Shown: piece by piece, positions 24,385 to 34,601 of the stretch
How the letters are laid out: each line of letters opens with the position of its first letter
How positions within the stretch are numbered: the first letter of the stretch is position 1
Origin: Alloascoidea hylecoeti
Taxonomy: Eukaryota
Direction: 5' to 3'
Assembly (NCBI GenBank): GCA_001600815.1
Contig: BCKZ01000016.1
Coordinates: 299,077-363,076, forward strand
DNA length: 64,000 nucleotides
Made by a program: the position numbers and the translations under genes
Notes under the pieces: generated by a model
The model's database searches: none
The model's input: only the letters and a program-made list of their open reading frames with translations
What the model was told of the DNA's origin: nothing

Positions 24385-25029
24385 TTAACGATGCTTGAGA
24401 GGACTAGGAGATGGGACTCTTAGACCAGTGTTGGGATTGACAATATCTAAAACTTTCTTTACTCTGCTTGAAACAAAGGGAGACTTGGATCTTGAAGTGT
24501 TAGATCTTCCAGGAGAAGAAGAGGAAGAGTAGGATTTCGGAGAGGCGTTGTTGTTCTTTTTGGCGGAACCCGAAGGAGATCGGTAGTAGTAGGAAGGGGG
24601 CGAATTGGAGCTCGAATAGGAGTGGGAGCTCGAGGAATACGCAGATCCTGGCACGATTTCACCTTGTAAGACGGGAGAGCAGTTCGGGGAGGGGTAACTA
24701 TAAGCGGATTGGTCATAAAGTTCGGGGCAGAACTCCCAATCGTCCTGCAGATCGAAACCTCGGCCGGCATTGAAGCGAGCTCTGGAGGAAGAAATGGACC
24801 GGGACAAACTCGGAGACACGGACTGCTGGAGGGCATATTGTCTGGAAAGACTTGTGGGCAAATAAGGGAGATTGGCTGAGTTGACGTTGCCCATGTTCAT
24901 GGACACATAGGCCGGGGAGATCGAGCGGGAGGCGGAGGGCAGCGTGCCGGACAACGACCCGGGGAGGTTGCCGGACAGAGCACCGGAGAGCGTGGATTGG
25001 TGTGGATGTTGGATGTTGTAGTAAGACAT
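24385..25029 (-). CDS. Uncharacterised Ser/Pro/Tyr-rich 214-aa fungal protein
   Basis: Likely start MSYYNIQHP at 25029; GC-rich coding-like composition. Two island motifs, RFNAGRGFDLQDDWEFCP and LDIVNPNTG, resemble recalled conserved fungal hypothetical proteins. Confidence 0.75.
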   Translation of the reverse strand: MSYYNIQHPHQSTLSGALSGNLPGSLSGTLPSASRSISPAYVSMNMGNVNSANLPYLPTSLSRQYALQQSVSPSLSRSISSSRARFNAGRGFDLQDDWEFCPELYDQSAYSYPSPNCSPVLQGEIVPGSAYSSSSHSYSSSNSPPSYYYRSPSGSAKKNNNASPKSYSSSSSPGRSNTSRSKSPFVSSRVKKVLDIVNPNTGLRVPSPSPLKHR

Positions 25030-25106
25030 TATGGGCAGGGCAGTAGTGAGAGAGGATGGGGAGCAGAATAGGCTTATAAACGCAGCGCAGGATGACCGCA
25101 AGATGG

Positions 25107-25162
25107 CCGGGTAACCTCTGCGCACGTGACGCCCTACTTTGACGGCTGCGCACGTGACGCCC
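25107..25162. promoter_or_regulatory. Reb1-like site plus duplicated Cbf1/bHLH E-box (17-bp direct repeat) in a divergent promoter
   Basis: CCGGGTAA at 25107-25114; CTGCGCACGTGACGCCC at 25118-25134 and 25146-25162. Confidence 0.65.
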
Positions 25163-25275
25163 GGTACCCACAGCTGCAGCCCTCGCGCGCCCCGTGACTG
25201 CGATATTGCTGTTGCTGTTACGTTTCTGCCACTGTCTTCACACCAGCCTACTCCGTATACTGCTACCGTCCCGGC

Positions 25276-28200
25276 ATGCTCCGCCGCTCGCTCCCCCCGC
25301 AGTCCTCGCAAGCCCCGAGAGGGTGTGCGTCCAAGCCCGCCTCGTCCTCGTCCTCGTCCACCGCCCCTTCCATCTCCAGCACAAAGCACAGATCCCTGTC
25401 CCACATAACGGCACTCTACTCCAGCTCCTCGTCCTCGTCCACCTCCCTGACCGACTACTCGGCGTGCTCCCCCTCCCCGACCCCCTCGCCTTCTGATCGC
25501 TGGCTCGAGGAGTACAAAATACCCGATTCGGCCTTCTCCAAATTTCAGTCCAAGTCCGGTGTAGCTAAGGCAAACGTCCTCCGCTTGGCCCTTCTCCCCT
25601 TCCTACGCCTGCGCACGGGCGAATCCACCCAAACTTCTAATGCTGAACAAGACAGACGGCTGAACATCTTACAAAAGTGGTGGAAGGCTGCCTTGAGAGC
25701 TCTGCGTGACAAACACCCGCTTGCCGGTTCAGACCAACCTGCCTACTACGAGGCCATCTCTCGTTTAATGTCCAGGAAAGAATGGCTGCCTACTTCCTCA
25801 TCCCAATTTCAATCCTCGAACTTCACCCTCATCTATCAATCTTTGTTATATGATACGGTGGATTTCGTCATCACTAAATTACAAATGAAAAACCCGCCTT
25901 TATATCTATGTGCCTTCGCTGGAAAAGTCCTCGCATATGCCTATTTTGGTGCTCCTGGCATCGCTCATATTTTATTATATCTCCTGAATGTTCAAAGATG
26001 TTTCGTTGAACGTGTTAAAAAATTATCCTTCCCTGAGAAATCAAATTCTTCATTTAATGACTCCATTCATGATGTCACTGAAAAGTTCCCTTCTCATTTA
26101 TCTCATCTTGTAGCCTTCTCTGGTCTACCATTAAACCCAACCCCCCCAATTCACATATACAACAGATTAAATACAATTTATAGACCCGCCCTAGATCATC
26201 TTTCCCAGGAGTGCAACTGTGATCTTTATGGTCCTTGGGTAACTCACTGGATCCCTCCAAATAGTTCTGTTTTCCTATCTTTCTTAAGGCATTATTATGA
26301 TTTGGTCTCTCTATATTTAAATGAACAACATGATGTTACTACTCATGTCTTGGCCCCTGGAATGATCATATTACAGGCCCATGTGTTACGTGTCTTGGAA
26401 ACTCTTTATAGAATGCCCATTAAAGCTCCTAATCGTCCTGCTCCTCGTGCACAATTGAGACACAAGGCAATTTCAAACAATAACAACAATAACAACAATA
26501 ATAATAATATTCACAATAACAACAATAACAACAATAATAATAATATTCACAATAACAACAACAACAACAATAATAATAATAATAATAATAATGGAAATGG
26601 TCATGGTACACATAATCCATCCAAAAAAAATAATGATATCCAAAAAGATGCAAATATTAGCCTTTCTTTTTCTCGTCAATCACGTAGAAAACATAACATC
26701 AGAAACCATAAATTATTAATGACAATAAGGGAAATATTACACAATGATGATATTTGTTTCCCTTTCACTGCATACTACACTAGACAATTTGAAAATATTT
26801 TAAGAACTGCTGCTATAATAGTAAGTGTTCATAGTACTGAATCTTGTTTAAATTTTATTGATTTGACTGAAGAATTCTTCTTAACTTTATTACTACCACA
26901 AACTTCTGAAAATGATTTAAATGGTAGAGCTGGCCATTTCCCCAAATCTAATTACCTTGATTGGAGATTTTGGATTAATGTATTACAACGAATGTTAAAA
27001 ACTGAAAATTCTTTAGTACAATTACGTGCAATTGCTTTTCTATTTAATATGTGGGATGCAATTCCAAATTATTTGTTACAAGATAATAATACTTCATCAT
27101 TAAATATAGATTATACCTGGTATACTGATTTTAATCGAAGTATTAGATTTAATGTTGCTCTTTGGATAATCTCCCCAGATATTTGGAAGAAATATTTTTG
27201 TCATTGGCAACCATTAATTCGGGGTTTTTATTTACGTTTTGTATGTTGGAGAATTGCAATGGTTGATCCAAATTCTTCGTTAAATTCAGGTCTTTATACC
27301 TCTTTTTCACTATATGAATCTGATGAAATAAATGATATTAGAATATTATTACATCAACAATTAACACAAAGTTTTGAACAATTAGATAAATTAAAAAATA
27401 ATGATAAATATTTATCTCCATCTATCATACCTTCAGCTCCAGTTCCACATAGAAAATTTGCTATTCTAACAACTGCTCAAATAATAGCTAAAAGACAAAA
27501 GTCTCATAAATTTCCATCACCACCAATTACTGATACCTTGACACCACCACCACAATCATTCAATGGTTTTGAAAATAATTTAGGTGAAATGGGATTCCAA
27601 GATGTTATAACTGGTAGAGCCCCTTTAACTAATAATAATCCACCTCAAAGAACTCATTCATATGATGTTTTTGACGAAGCTGCATATTCATATTCAAAAG
27701 ATGGTTATGAAATGCAGGATACTTTTCAAATCTTCGATTCTGTTGAATCAATTAAAAATTCACATACATCTAATAATAAAAAATCACATAGACGACGTTC
27801 AAGTAAATCGAAATTAGTCTCATCCAATCGTTTAACACGAAGATTATCTTCAAAATCAATTCCTAATTTACATCATTCAGTTTTCAGTTTAGGTAATGAT
27901 GCACCACCTGTACCTAAATTAACATCTGTTCCAAATTCTCCAAAAAGAGGCACAACTGGTTTTGCTGCTTCATTTTCAAATGCATTAAAAGAAAAATGGA
28001 ATAATTTTGCTAAAAAAAATGATCTTATTATTAATGAAAAAATTAAAAAATCTGATGAAACTGGTTATTCTGATTCTGATTCAAGTTTAGATTCAGATGA
28101 TGGTTTTAAATCAGCAACAAAATTAAAATTAAAGAATATTAATATTGATGATGAAATATTACAATTTAATGTTCCAGTGTCAAGAAATTTACCAGAACTT

Positions 28201-28989
28201 ACTTCAGAACAAGGTATAGTATCTTTTGATAGTAGTGGGGATCCAATATTTTCAACTCATACTTCAAGTTGTTCAACAATTCAAGAAGATGTAAAATCTC
28301 ATTCTAGAACTACAAGTTCAGCTTCTTCACAATTTTATCATTCTGATTTAAAAGATAAAAAGGAAAATTTCACTACTAAATTAATTCCACCTCCTCCAGA
28401 AATTTTCCATCAAACTCCAGAACCATACCGATCACAATTACAATTCACTCTTATTTTTAATGAAGATTCAGGTCTCATATTTAGAAATAGAACTGTTAGT
28501 GGACAAAGAGAAGCATTTTCTGGTAGTAGTATAAACTTTGAAACTCAACAGTCTAATTCTTCTTCAACTAGTAATAATGAGTATAAAAAATTATTCCCAA
28601 GGTTACCTTTTGAAACAAGAGATGATATTTTGTATGATGATATGGTATCCGTTGACTCGTCTGTTTTATTGACCAAACCATTGGTCCCAAATCATAATAT
28701 AACTGAAGAATATAACTCTACTCCTCTTACTCACTTAAATGATTCTCAAATAAACTTGTTGATTCCCAAAAATAATTTAAAAGTAATAAATGTTAGCGCT
28801 GAAGAACTACAGGAAAACATTAAAACCTGGAATTATGTTGGAAAAGCCTTAGCTGAATGGGAACAAGTTACTATTGAATACGAAGAGTATATTAGAGTTG
28901 AAAGAATTACACATGGAATTGAGCGATTAGATGATTTGGTCATTCCTAATTTGATTGCTGAAACTACTGGAAAAGTATATGGAGGCTAA
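25276..28989 (+). CDS. AHK1: DUF1765 / UPF0592 family protein (YDL073W/Ahk1-like)
   Basis: 1237-aa ORF with motifs KANVLRLALLPFLR, FAGKVLAYAYF, LDWRFWINVL, AIAFLFNMW, HWQPLIRGFYLRFVCWRI and YVGKALAEWE. Confidence 0.8.
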   Translation: MLRRSLPPQSSQAPRGCASKPASSSSSSTAPSISSTKHRSLSHITALYSSSSSSSTSLTDYSACSPSPTPSPSDRWLEEYKIPDSAFSKFQSKSGVAKANVLRLALLPFLRLRTGESTQTSNAEQDRRLNILQKWWKAALRALRDKHPLAGSDQPAYYEAISRLMSRKEWLPTSSSQFQSSNFTLIYQSLLYDTVDFVITKLQMKNPPLYLCAFAGKVLAYAYFGAPGIAHILLYLLNVQRCFVERVKKLSFPEKSNSSFNDSIHDVTEKFPSHLSHLVAFSGLPLNPTPPIHIYNRLNTIYRPALDHLSQECNCDLYGPWVTHWIPPNSSVFLSFLRHYYDLVSLYLNEQHDVTTHVLAPGMIILQAHVLRVLETLYRMPIKAPNRPAPRAQLRHKAISNNNNNNNNNNNIHNNNNNNNNNNIHNNNNNNNNNNNNNNGNGHGTHNPSKKNNDIQKDANISLSFSRQSRRKHNIRNHKLLMTIREILHNDDICFPFTAYYTRQFENILRTAAIIVSVHSTESCLNFIDLTEEFFLTLLLPQTSENDLNGRAGHFPKSNYLDWRFWINVLQRMLKTENSLVQLRAIAFLFNMWDAIPNYLLQDNNTSSLNIDYTWYTDFNRSIRFNVALWIISPDIWKKYFCHWQPLIRGFYLRFVCWRIAMVDPNSSLNSGLYTSFSLYESDEINDIRILLHQQLTQSFEQLDKLKNNDKYLSPSIIPSAPVPHRKFAILTTAQIIAKRQKSHKFPSPPITDTLTPPPQSFNGFENNLGEMGFQDVITGRAPLTNNNPPQRTHSYDVFDEAAYSYSKDGYEMQDTFQIFDSVESIKNSHTSNNKKSHRRRSSKSKLVSSNRLTRRLSSKSIPNLHHSVFSLGNDAPPVPKLTSVPNSPKRGTTGFAASFSNALKEKWNNFAKKNDLIINEKIKKSDETGYSDSDSSLDSDDGFKSATKLKLKNINIDDEILQFNVPVSRNLPELTSEQGIVSFDSSGDPIFSTHTSSCSTIQEDVKSHSRTTSSASSQFYHSDLKDKKENFTTKLIPPPPEIFHQTPEPYRSQLQFTLIFNEDSGLIFRNRTVSGQREAFSGSSINFETQQSNSSSTSNNEYKKLFPRLPFETRDDILYDDMVSVDSSVLLTKPLVPNHNITEEYNSTPLTHLNDSQINLLIPKNNLKVINVSAEELQENIKTWNYVGKALAEWEQVTIEYEEYIRVERITHGIERLDDLVIPNLIAETTGKVYGG
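26476..26592 (+). repeat. (AAT/AAC)n poly-asparagine tract with a duplicated N-run-IH unit
   Basis: Visible triplet repeat within the DUF1765 gene. Confidence 0.9.
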
Positions 28990-29430
28990 TTATATATTTC
29001 TTTTTCCTTTTTATCGATCCATATCTTATAATCTAGATTCATATTCATTCCAACCCATTTGTTTATAAATTCATTTAATTTTTTTTTTTTTTGATTTTCA
29101 AATTCATTTATGAAAAAAAAATTGTTTCATTTTTTATTTTTTATACATTAATTACCAAGATTTTAACTTTGTTTTTTACCATCAAAATAGTAACTGCTTG
29201 TCTTGTCTTTGATTATCATTTTAATATATCATCAAATAATCTTTAAATTTTTTATTACAATTAATGATTGGCTCTCCGTAGATTAAACTGTCATAAGCGT
29301 AAATTTATAACCAAGTTTTACAGAGACTATATTACTAAAGCTAGAGATATTTTATGGGTGTATTATTTGCCATATTTCAGATTAGAAAACTTGTTTGCAC
29401 GATTTTGGATCATTTGAATCGTATGCTTAT

Positions 29431-31202
29431 CTATTTTTTATCATCACTTGTGCTTGAAACTGGTTCTATTGGAGCAGTAGATAATGCTGATGGCAGCGCA
29501 GACTGAGGATCAGGAGAAAATAAGGAGTTGGTTGTGCTTTCACCAGAGTTAATTGATGTATTAATATTTGAATTTGATTGATCATGGTCATGAGAATCGT
29601 GAGTAGATTCTGGGGTAAGTGGAAGGGAAGAGTTTGATGGTAGAACTTCAAGCCCTCCATGATCACTAGTTTCAATAAATTCGGGATCATCATCCGGTTC
29701 AGATTCATTACTTTCCGCTTCATTCGACCCCGAAGCCTCGATCTCATTATTATCAGATCTAAAACTTTCCTCGGATTCAAACCCTAAATCTGTATCTGAT
29801 GTCTCTAAAACATGCATTGGAGACGGCATAGGTGTTGGAAGAGTTGAAATTTCATTGGAAATAGCACTAAGTGATGATGTAGTAGTTAACGGGGGAGATT
29901 CATTATTTGTTGATTCGTTCTGATTTCTAAGACGATCAGTTCTACCTATAAATGGCTGTGAGGTGTTCGAAGATGGTCTCGTTTGTTGATCTAAAGGACG
30001 AGCATTAGTAGGTTCTTTGTGTTCAACCAAATTTTTATCTTCAAGCCACCAAACGAATAACAATGTAAAGGATATTGTAATTAAAATAGACCATATCCAA
30101 AATATGGAAACACCGACAAAAAAGCAGATAGTACTATAGTGGTATAAAAGGTACCTTATTCCACGCCAATTTGTCTCAAAAGCAAGATAAGTGTTAGCAA
30201 CATTGATATCAAGTAATCTATCCAATTCAATCAAAATTAAATCAGGCTGTGATTGATCCTTTTTATTTGATGGTATATAAGTGCTAAGTAAATCCCCACC
30301 GGTTAAAATTGCTGCTTCTGAAGCGATTGATATTTCATGCAGATTCAGATCTTGCCTTGTTCCAAAGTAATAAATAGGAGATAATAAAACATTATCTACT
30401 AAATTAGCAATAATATTTTGGTTTGGTTCTGGAAACTTGACAAAAATTGGTTTTGTGGATATTAGACAGCTATCACAATCTGGGTCTAGATGTTTGGGGT
30501 AGTCAAGTGCTAATAAATGCGCTATTGGTGGTAAGTTTTTGGTTTGTTTACTAGGAACAACAGACAATGAGTTTTTAAGATGAGCTGATATTCTTTGATT
30601 GTAAGCCCCTCCTGTTATAGGCCAGCCTTTGGGAGGAGTGTGTAATTGATTTTGTAGAAATAGGTTTTGTGTAAATGATGTATATGACGATAATGATGAT
30701 ACTCTGACCATAGCATTTCCAATATGATCATTAATTTCAGAATGAGGAATATCTAAATGTAGTGACATATCATATTTAATAGATGGATCAAGTGGTATAG
30801 ATGAAAGGTCGATAAACCCAAATGGACTACCGTTTCTATAGTATCATTTGGTTCTCTGATTAGATTTAGCATTACCAAGAAGTCTTTTTGTTCATACGTA
30901 CGAAAAGTCAAATAATATAGGAGCCTTTAACCTCGGATCTGGAACATATTTGTTATAAAAAACAAGATAAGATATAGTTGACCAGAATAGTAAGAATATT
31001 GCAACTAAACAGCAAATAATGGTATAGAGATACAACCGTACTGCTAGTGGTATCTTATTTTTTATAGACCTCTGTATATCAAAATCAGTGAATTAGCTTG
31101 GAACTTGGATATATAAGAAACTAAGATGAATGGACTTACTAGAAGGTTATTTATGAGCTTAGTTGGTGTAGCTAGAAGATTCTGGAGATTCTGGAGGTTC
31201 AT
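29431..31202 (-). CDS. SEI1: Seipin, lipid droplet biogenesis protein (3 exons)
   Basis: Exons 31202-31140, 31071-30902, 30835-29431; introns GTAAGT..CAG and GTACGT..TAG. N-terminal TM ending FYNKYVP, lumenal YDMSLHLDIPHSEIN..GNAMV, second TM after WRGIRYLLYHY, and a long acidic S/T tail. Confidence 0.85.
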
Positions 31203-31307
31203 TTATGTTACATTGTGATCAGAGGTTTAACTGGAATGGAATAATAATAACGATATATATCCGGGTAATTCACATATTTATAACAACCTAAACGATCTAT
31301 ACTCCAA

Positions 31308-32157
31308 TCAGTATTTTGATGGGATAATGGTATCAATTCCCTTGATGGCAGAATCATCAACAAACCATGAAACAGCTTTACCTGCGATCTTATTAACTAT
31401 AGCAGAAGGATAAGTCGGGTCTTCTTTTTGCGCAAAAATCTCTTTTAAAACAGGAGCCTTACCTGCACCTTCTGCAACAAATGCAATACTAGAATATTAT
31501 AGTGTTAATAGTAAGGTAGAAAACCATAGTAACATAAAAAATAACATACTTCTTGGCTTTCTTCAGTATAGGAAACGTAATAGTGATTCTTTTTGGAGGG
31601 GGTTTTGGTGAATCATCAATGTGTGCAACTATTTTCTTGTCTTCTTTTAATAATTTATGGCCTGGAAATAAGGAACAAGTATGACCATCAGGACCGCACC
31701 CCAACAATATGAGATCAAAAGAAGGAATCTCTTCGCCAGAAGGGAAATTTTGCAACAAATTTTTCTCGTAATCAGATGCCAATTCTTCCGATGAACCTCC
31801 AGACTTTAGAAGATCCTCATTTATTGTAATGACTTTAGGCGGTGATTTGCCGTCTGGTAAACTTTTCAAAACCAAAGAATTTAACAAACCATAGTTGCTA
31901 TCTTCATGATCCAATGGGACCAGTCTTTCATCACTGAAGAAGATGATCCATTTATCCCACTGAATTTTCTCTGATATTTCTTTATTGAGGCTTAAACCTT
32001 TATTAAGTACTTTTCCTAAGCTACCGCCAGAGACAGCTACTCGAAAATACCCATCTGAATTCTCATTAGAGAGGGAATCGTTTTGGATATTTAAGATATA
32101 GGCTCCAACTGAGTTTGCAACCTCAATTGATTTAGAGTAAGAATAAACTGTTGCCAT
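31308..32157 (-). CDS. SOL3: 6-phosphogluconolactonase (2 exons)
   Basis: Exon 1 32157-31550; intron 31549-31489; exon 2 31488-31308 (IAFVAEGAGKAPVL..VSWFVDDSA). Motifs VAVSGGSL, FFSDERLVPLDHEDSNYG, DLILLGCGPDGHTCSLFP and DSPKPPPKRIT. Confidence 0.93.
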
Positions 32158-33014
32158 TTTTAATTAAGTGGTAGCAATTAAAAGGTTAAGATATTTAATA
32201 GAGTAACATTTAAGTAGGGTAATAATTTTAATCACTTTCGCAATACATTATAAGTTGGCATTACCAGAAGAGAAACAATGAGAATTATGGCTAATCTCAA
32301 GAGAGAATGAAAGTGGGAAAACCTCAGTGAAACTAAAGTTAACGTTACTTAAACTAATTGACTATTATGCATTTATATAATCATCAAATTTAAGAAATAT
32401 TTTCTTATATATTTCCTTATATAAACTTTATATGGTAGCGAGTTTTAGGAAATATCAGCGAAAACTTACTAAATTAACTAACAATAAATCTGGCGATTAA
32501 TTGGCGCTATAATGATAATGGTATGTGTAGGTAAGATATCAGTTTTGCTCCTGAATTTGGCGATTTGATTAAAACCCATCTAGCCAGGACTCAATTAGCA
32601 GTAGCTGAAGTTATAAGCTACCCATTTAGTCGAGTCTGAAAAACAATGAATGCTGCTCTTCTGATACGTTCTCCTTTTTGTACTAGAGATTGATATTCAT
32701 AGCTATAAAAGTAGTCCCATTATTATTCCACACCTTCTCCAAAACGTAAAACTTGTGGTCTTTTCACCACTCCACTAAAATCCAAAATAAACCTCAAACT
32801 ACTTTGTATTCAATTTGCTGAATTAATCGGAAGACCAATAATTATTAATATTTTGGTGCATTTTAGAGATGATCTTTTCGTCTTTGCTTAAAATATGTGC
32901 AATACAAGATCCAAAGCTAAAAGAAAGAAAAAAAATACTAAAAATATATTATATTCAATTAAATAAAAATTTAAATAATAATTACCGGTCAGCTTAGTCT
33001 ATTAATAATTTGAA

Positions 33015-33350
33015 TAAACATGAAGAGGATGTGAATAATGATGACGATTGGTTTGGTGTTCCATATACGCAATATTAATGACTGAATCTGATGATCATGG
33101 AGAACAGGTTGATGCTAATAATGTTAAAGATAATATCTTAGAAATCTATGAAGAATAACTCACCAAAAGTTTCGGAAATGCAGATTGTTCTAAAGTAGAC
33201 AAAAATTAAGGACACAAATTAGATTGTTTCTTCTAATATTAACAATCCTAATAGAAATTCAACTCTACGCTCAGTACTTAGTGCTAAGGATGAAGATGAA
33301 GATGATGAAGAAGAAGAAGTCAAATTCAAGTTCAGAAGTTAAAAGTAGAA
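33015..33350 (+). pseudogene. Decayed coding-like relic (acidic), origin unknown
   Basis: Purine-rich, codon-like fragments broken by stops and frameshifts: EEDVNNDDDWFGVPYTQY*, MTESDDHGEQVDANNVKDNILEIYEE*, STLRSVLSAKDEDEDDEEEEVKFKFRS*. Confidence 0.35.
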
Positions 33351-33829
33351 ATGTATTGGTATATTATTACCTTCTGATTTCAGAATTATTATTTGGTATT
33401 ATGAATTTATATCATTTTTTAATTGTGAACCTTTCCACCTTAAGTTTTCTTGTAGTACACACATTTACACACATTTAAATAGAATTGTTAAACCGCTTTC
33501 TCGCTACTTTTCGTTAAAGTGTATAAAAGTTTTCAGCATTTGATAGTTATTGTTCGTCGTTTGACAATGTCATACTATAACCAGTGTCAATCACTATTAT
33601 ATTTTTATTTAGGTTGATTATTCTGCACGCAGTTTTACAGAAGGTTTGTTTTAACGGAAAGGATTGGAAAAGCTGTGCAAATACTATAACTTATAATTAT
33701 AAGCTCAATTAGGTCAATTCCGATAATTACATTCTGACTTCTTTTAACAAACCGTAGAAATAGATAATAATTAATATTTATAAAACCCAACTTTTAATTA
33801 TGCCACGATTAGTTGAAAGCTGCCATGTT

Positions 33830-34600
33830 GATATAATATGATGCCTCTATAATTGAAGTAGAGATCGAAGGTAGATGTTTTCTTAAAGCGGTTATTGTGG
33901 TTTATTGTGAGAATTAAAAACATCCATAAATTCTGGAAGACCATCCCTAAATACAAAAAAGTTATCAAATTACTACAGCTCAAAAGTTATATTTTTAAAG
34001 TAACCACTAAATCACCACCAAATTCTGAAATGGTACGTACAAGGACTCTAATGAATGAGAAAGATCTTAAGAACAAGCTCATACATCCATTTGTTGAATA
34101 TAGAAGACAACACATGAAGATGTCGTATGTGAAAATTACCGATAAAATTGGTATCTCAAAATATCAGGTAATTGAATCGAGTGAGCTCATACGCAAGCTT
34201 GTGAACGAAATGTTACATCGTATATATAACACAAATTACAAAAAGGAATGTTAAACAAATATTATGAGATTAAGTATATTAAGCTGCCCCTTATCCAACA
34301 AAGTAGATATTATTGATAGTATTTATAATAAAATACTAATAATATTGTTGATTATACGCAAGAACATGGTGGAACAAATTTATACTGTTTATTATAAGCA
34401 AGAACATGGTGGAACAAATTTATAGTCCATTATTTAGATTATCTAGACTAAATAGTTTTCGGGGATTCCATAATTTATATGGAGGAATTCCCACATTTTT
34501 AGAAAAGTATCGTGAAAATATAATATAATAAATATATTCATATTTAATTTCCAAGAGTTTAAGAACAACGTGTTTATACAATCTGAGGACATCAATTAAC
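33830..34600 (+). pseudogene. Decayed gene, probably derived from a cytoplasmic linear plasmid (VLE; pGKL2 ORF9-like by recall)
   Basis: ORF 33895-34254 continues in frame past the TAA (..NTNYKKEC*TNIMRLSILSCPLSNKVDIIDSIYNK). A 40-bp tandem duplication (34346-34384 / 34386-34424) shifts the frame; removing one copy joins ..RKNMVEQIY to SPLFRLSRLNSFRGFHNLYGGIPTFLEKYRENII. An upstream out-of-frame piece reads IIEVEIEGRCFLK. Confidence 0.6.
34346..34424. repeat. 40-bp tandem duplication (27-bp exact core GCAAGAACATGGTGGAACAAATTTATA)
   Basis: Exact copies at 34358-34384 and 34398-34424. Confidence 0.95.
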
Positions 34601-34601
34601 A

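Noticed and set aside
25030..25404. N-terminal extension of the 339-aa ORF and other overlapping ORFs near 25 kb
   Set aside because: By-products of the local GC island (few stops); they overlap the promoter and the divergent gene.
30892..30901. Alternative donor in seipin intron 2 (GTAC-GTATGA)
   Set aside because: The downstream donor would shift the frame by 4 nt; no evidence of use.
33930..34170. Tc1/pogo transposase relic (SGRPS and an HTH-like MSYVKITDKIGISKYQV)
   Set aside because: Motifs are in different frames and the wrong order, with no DDE domain or terminal inverted repeats seen; the plasmid-relic reading explains more of the region.
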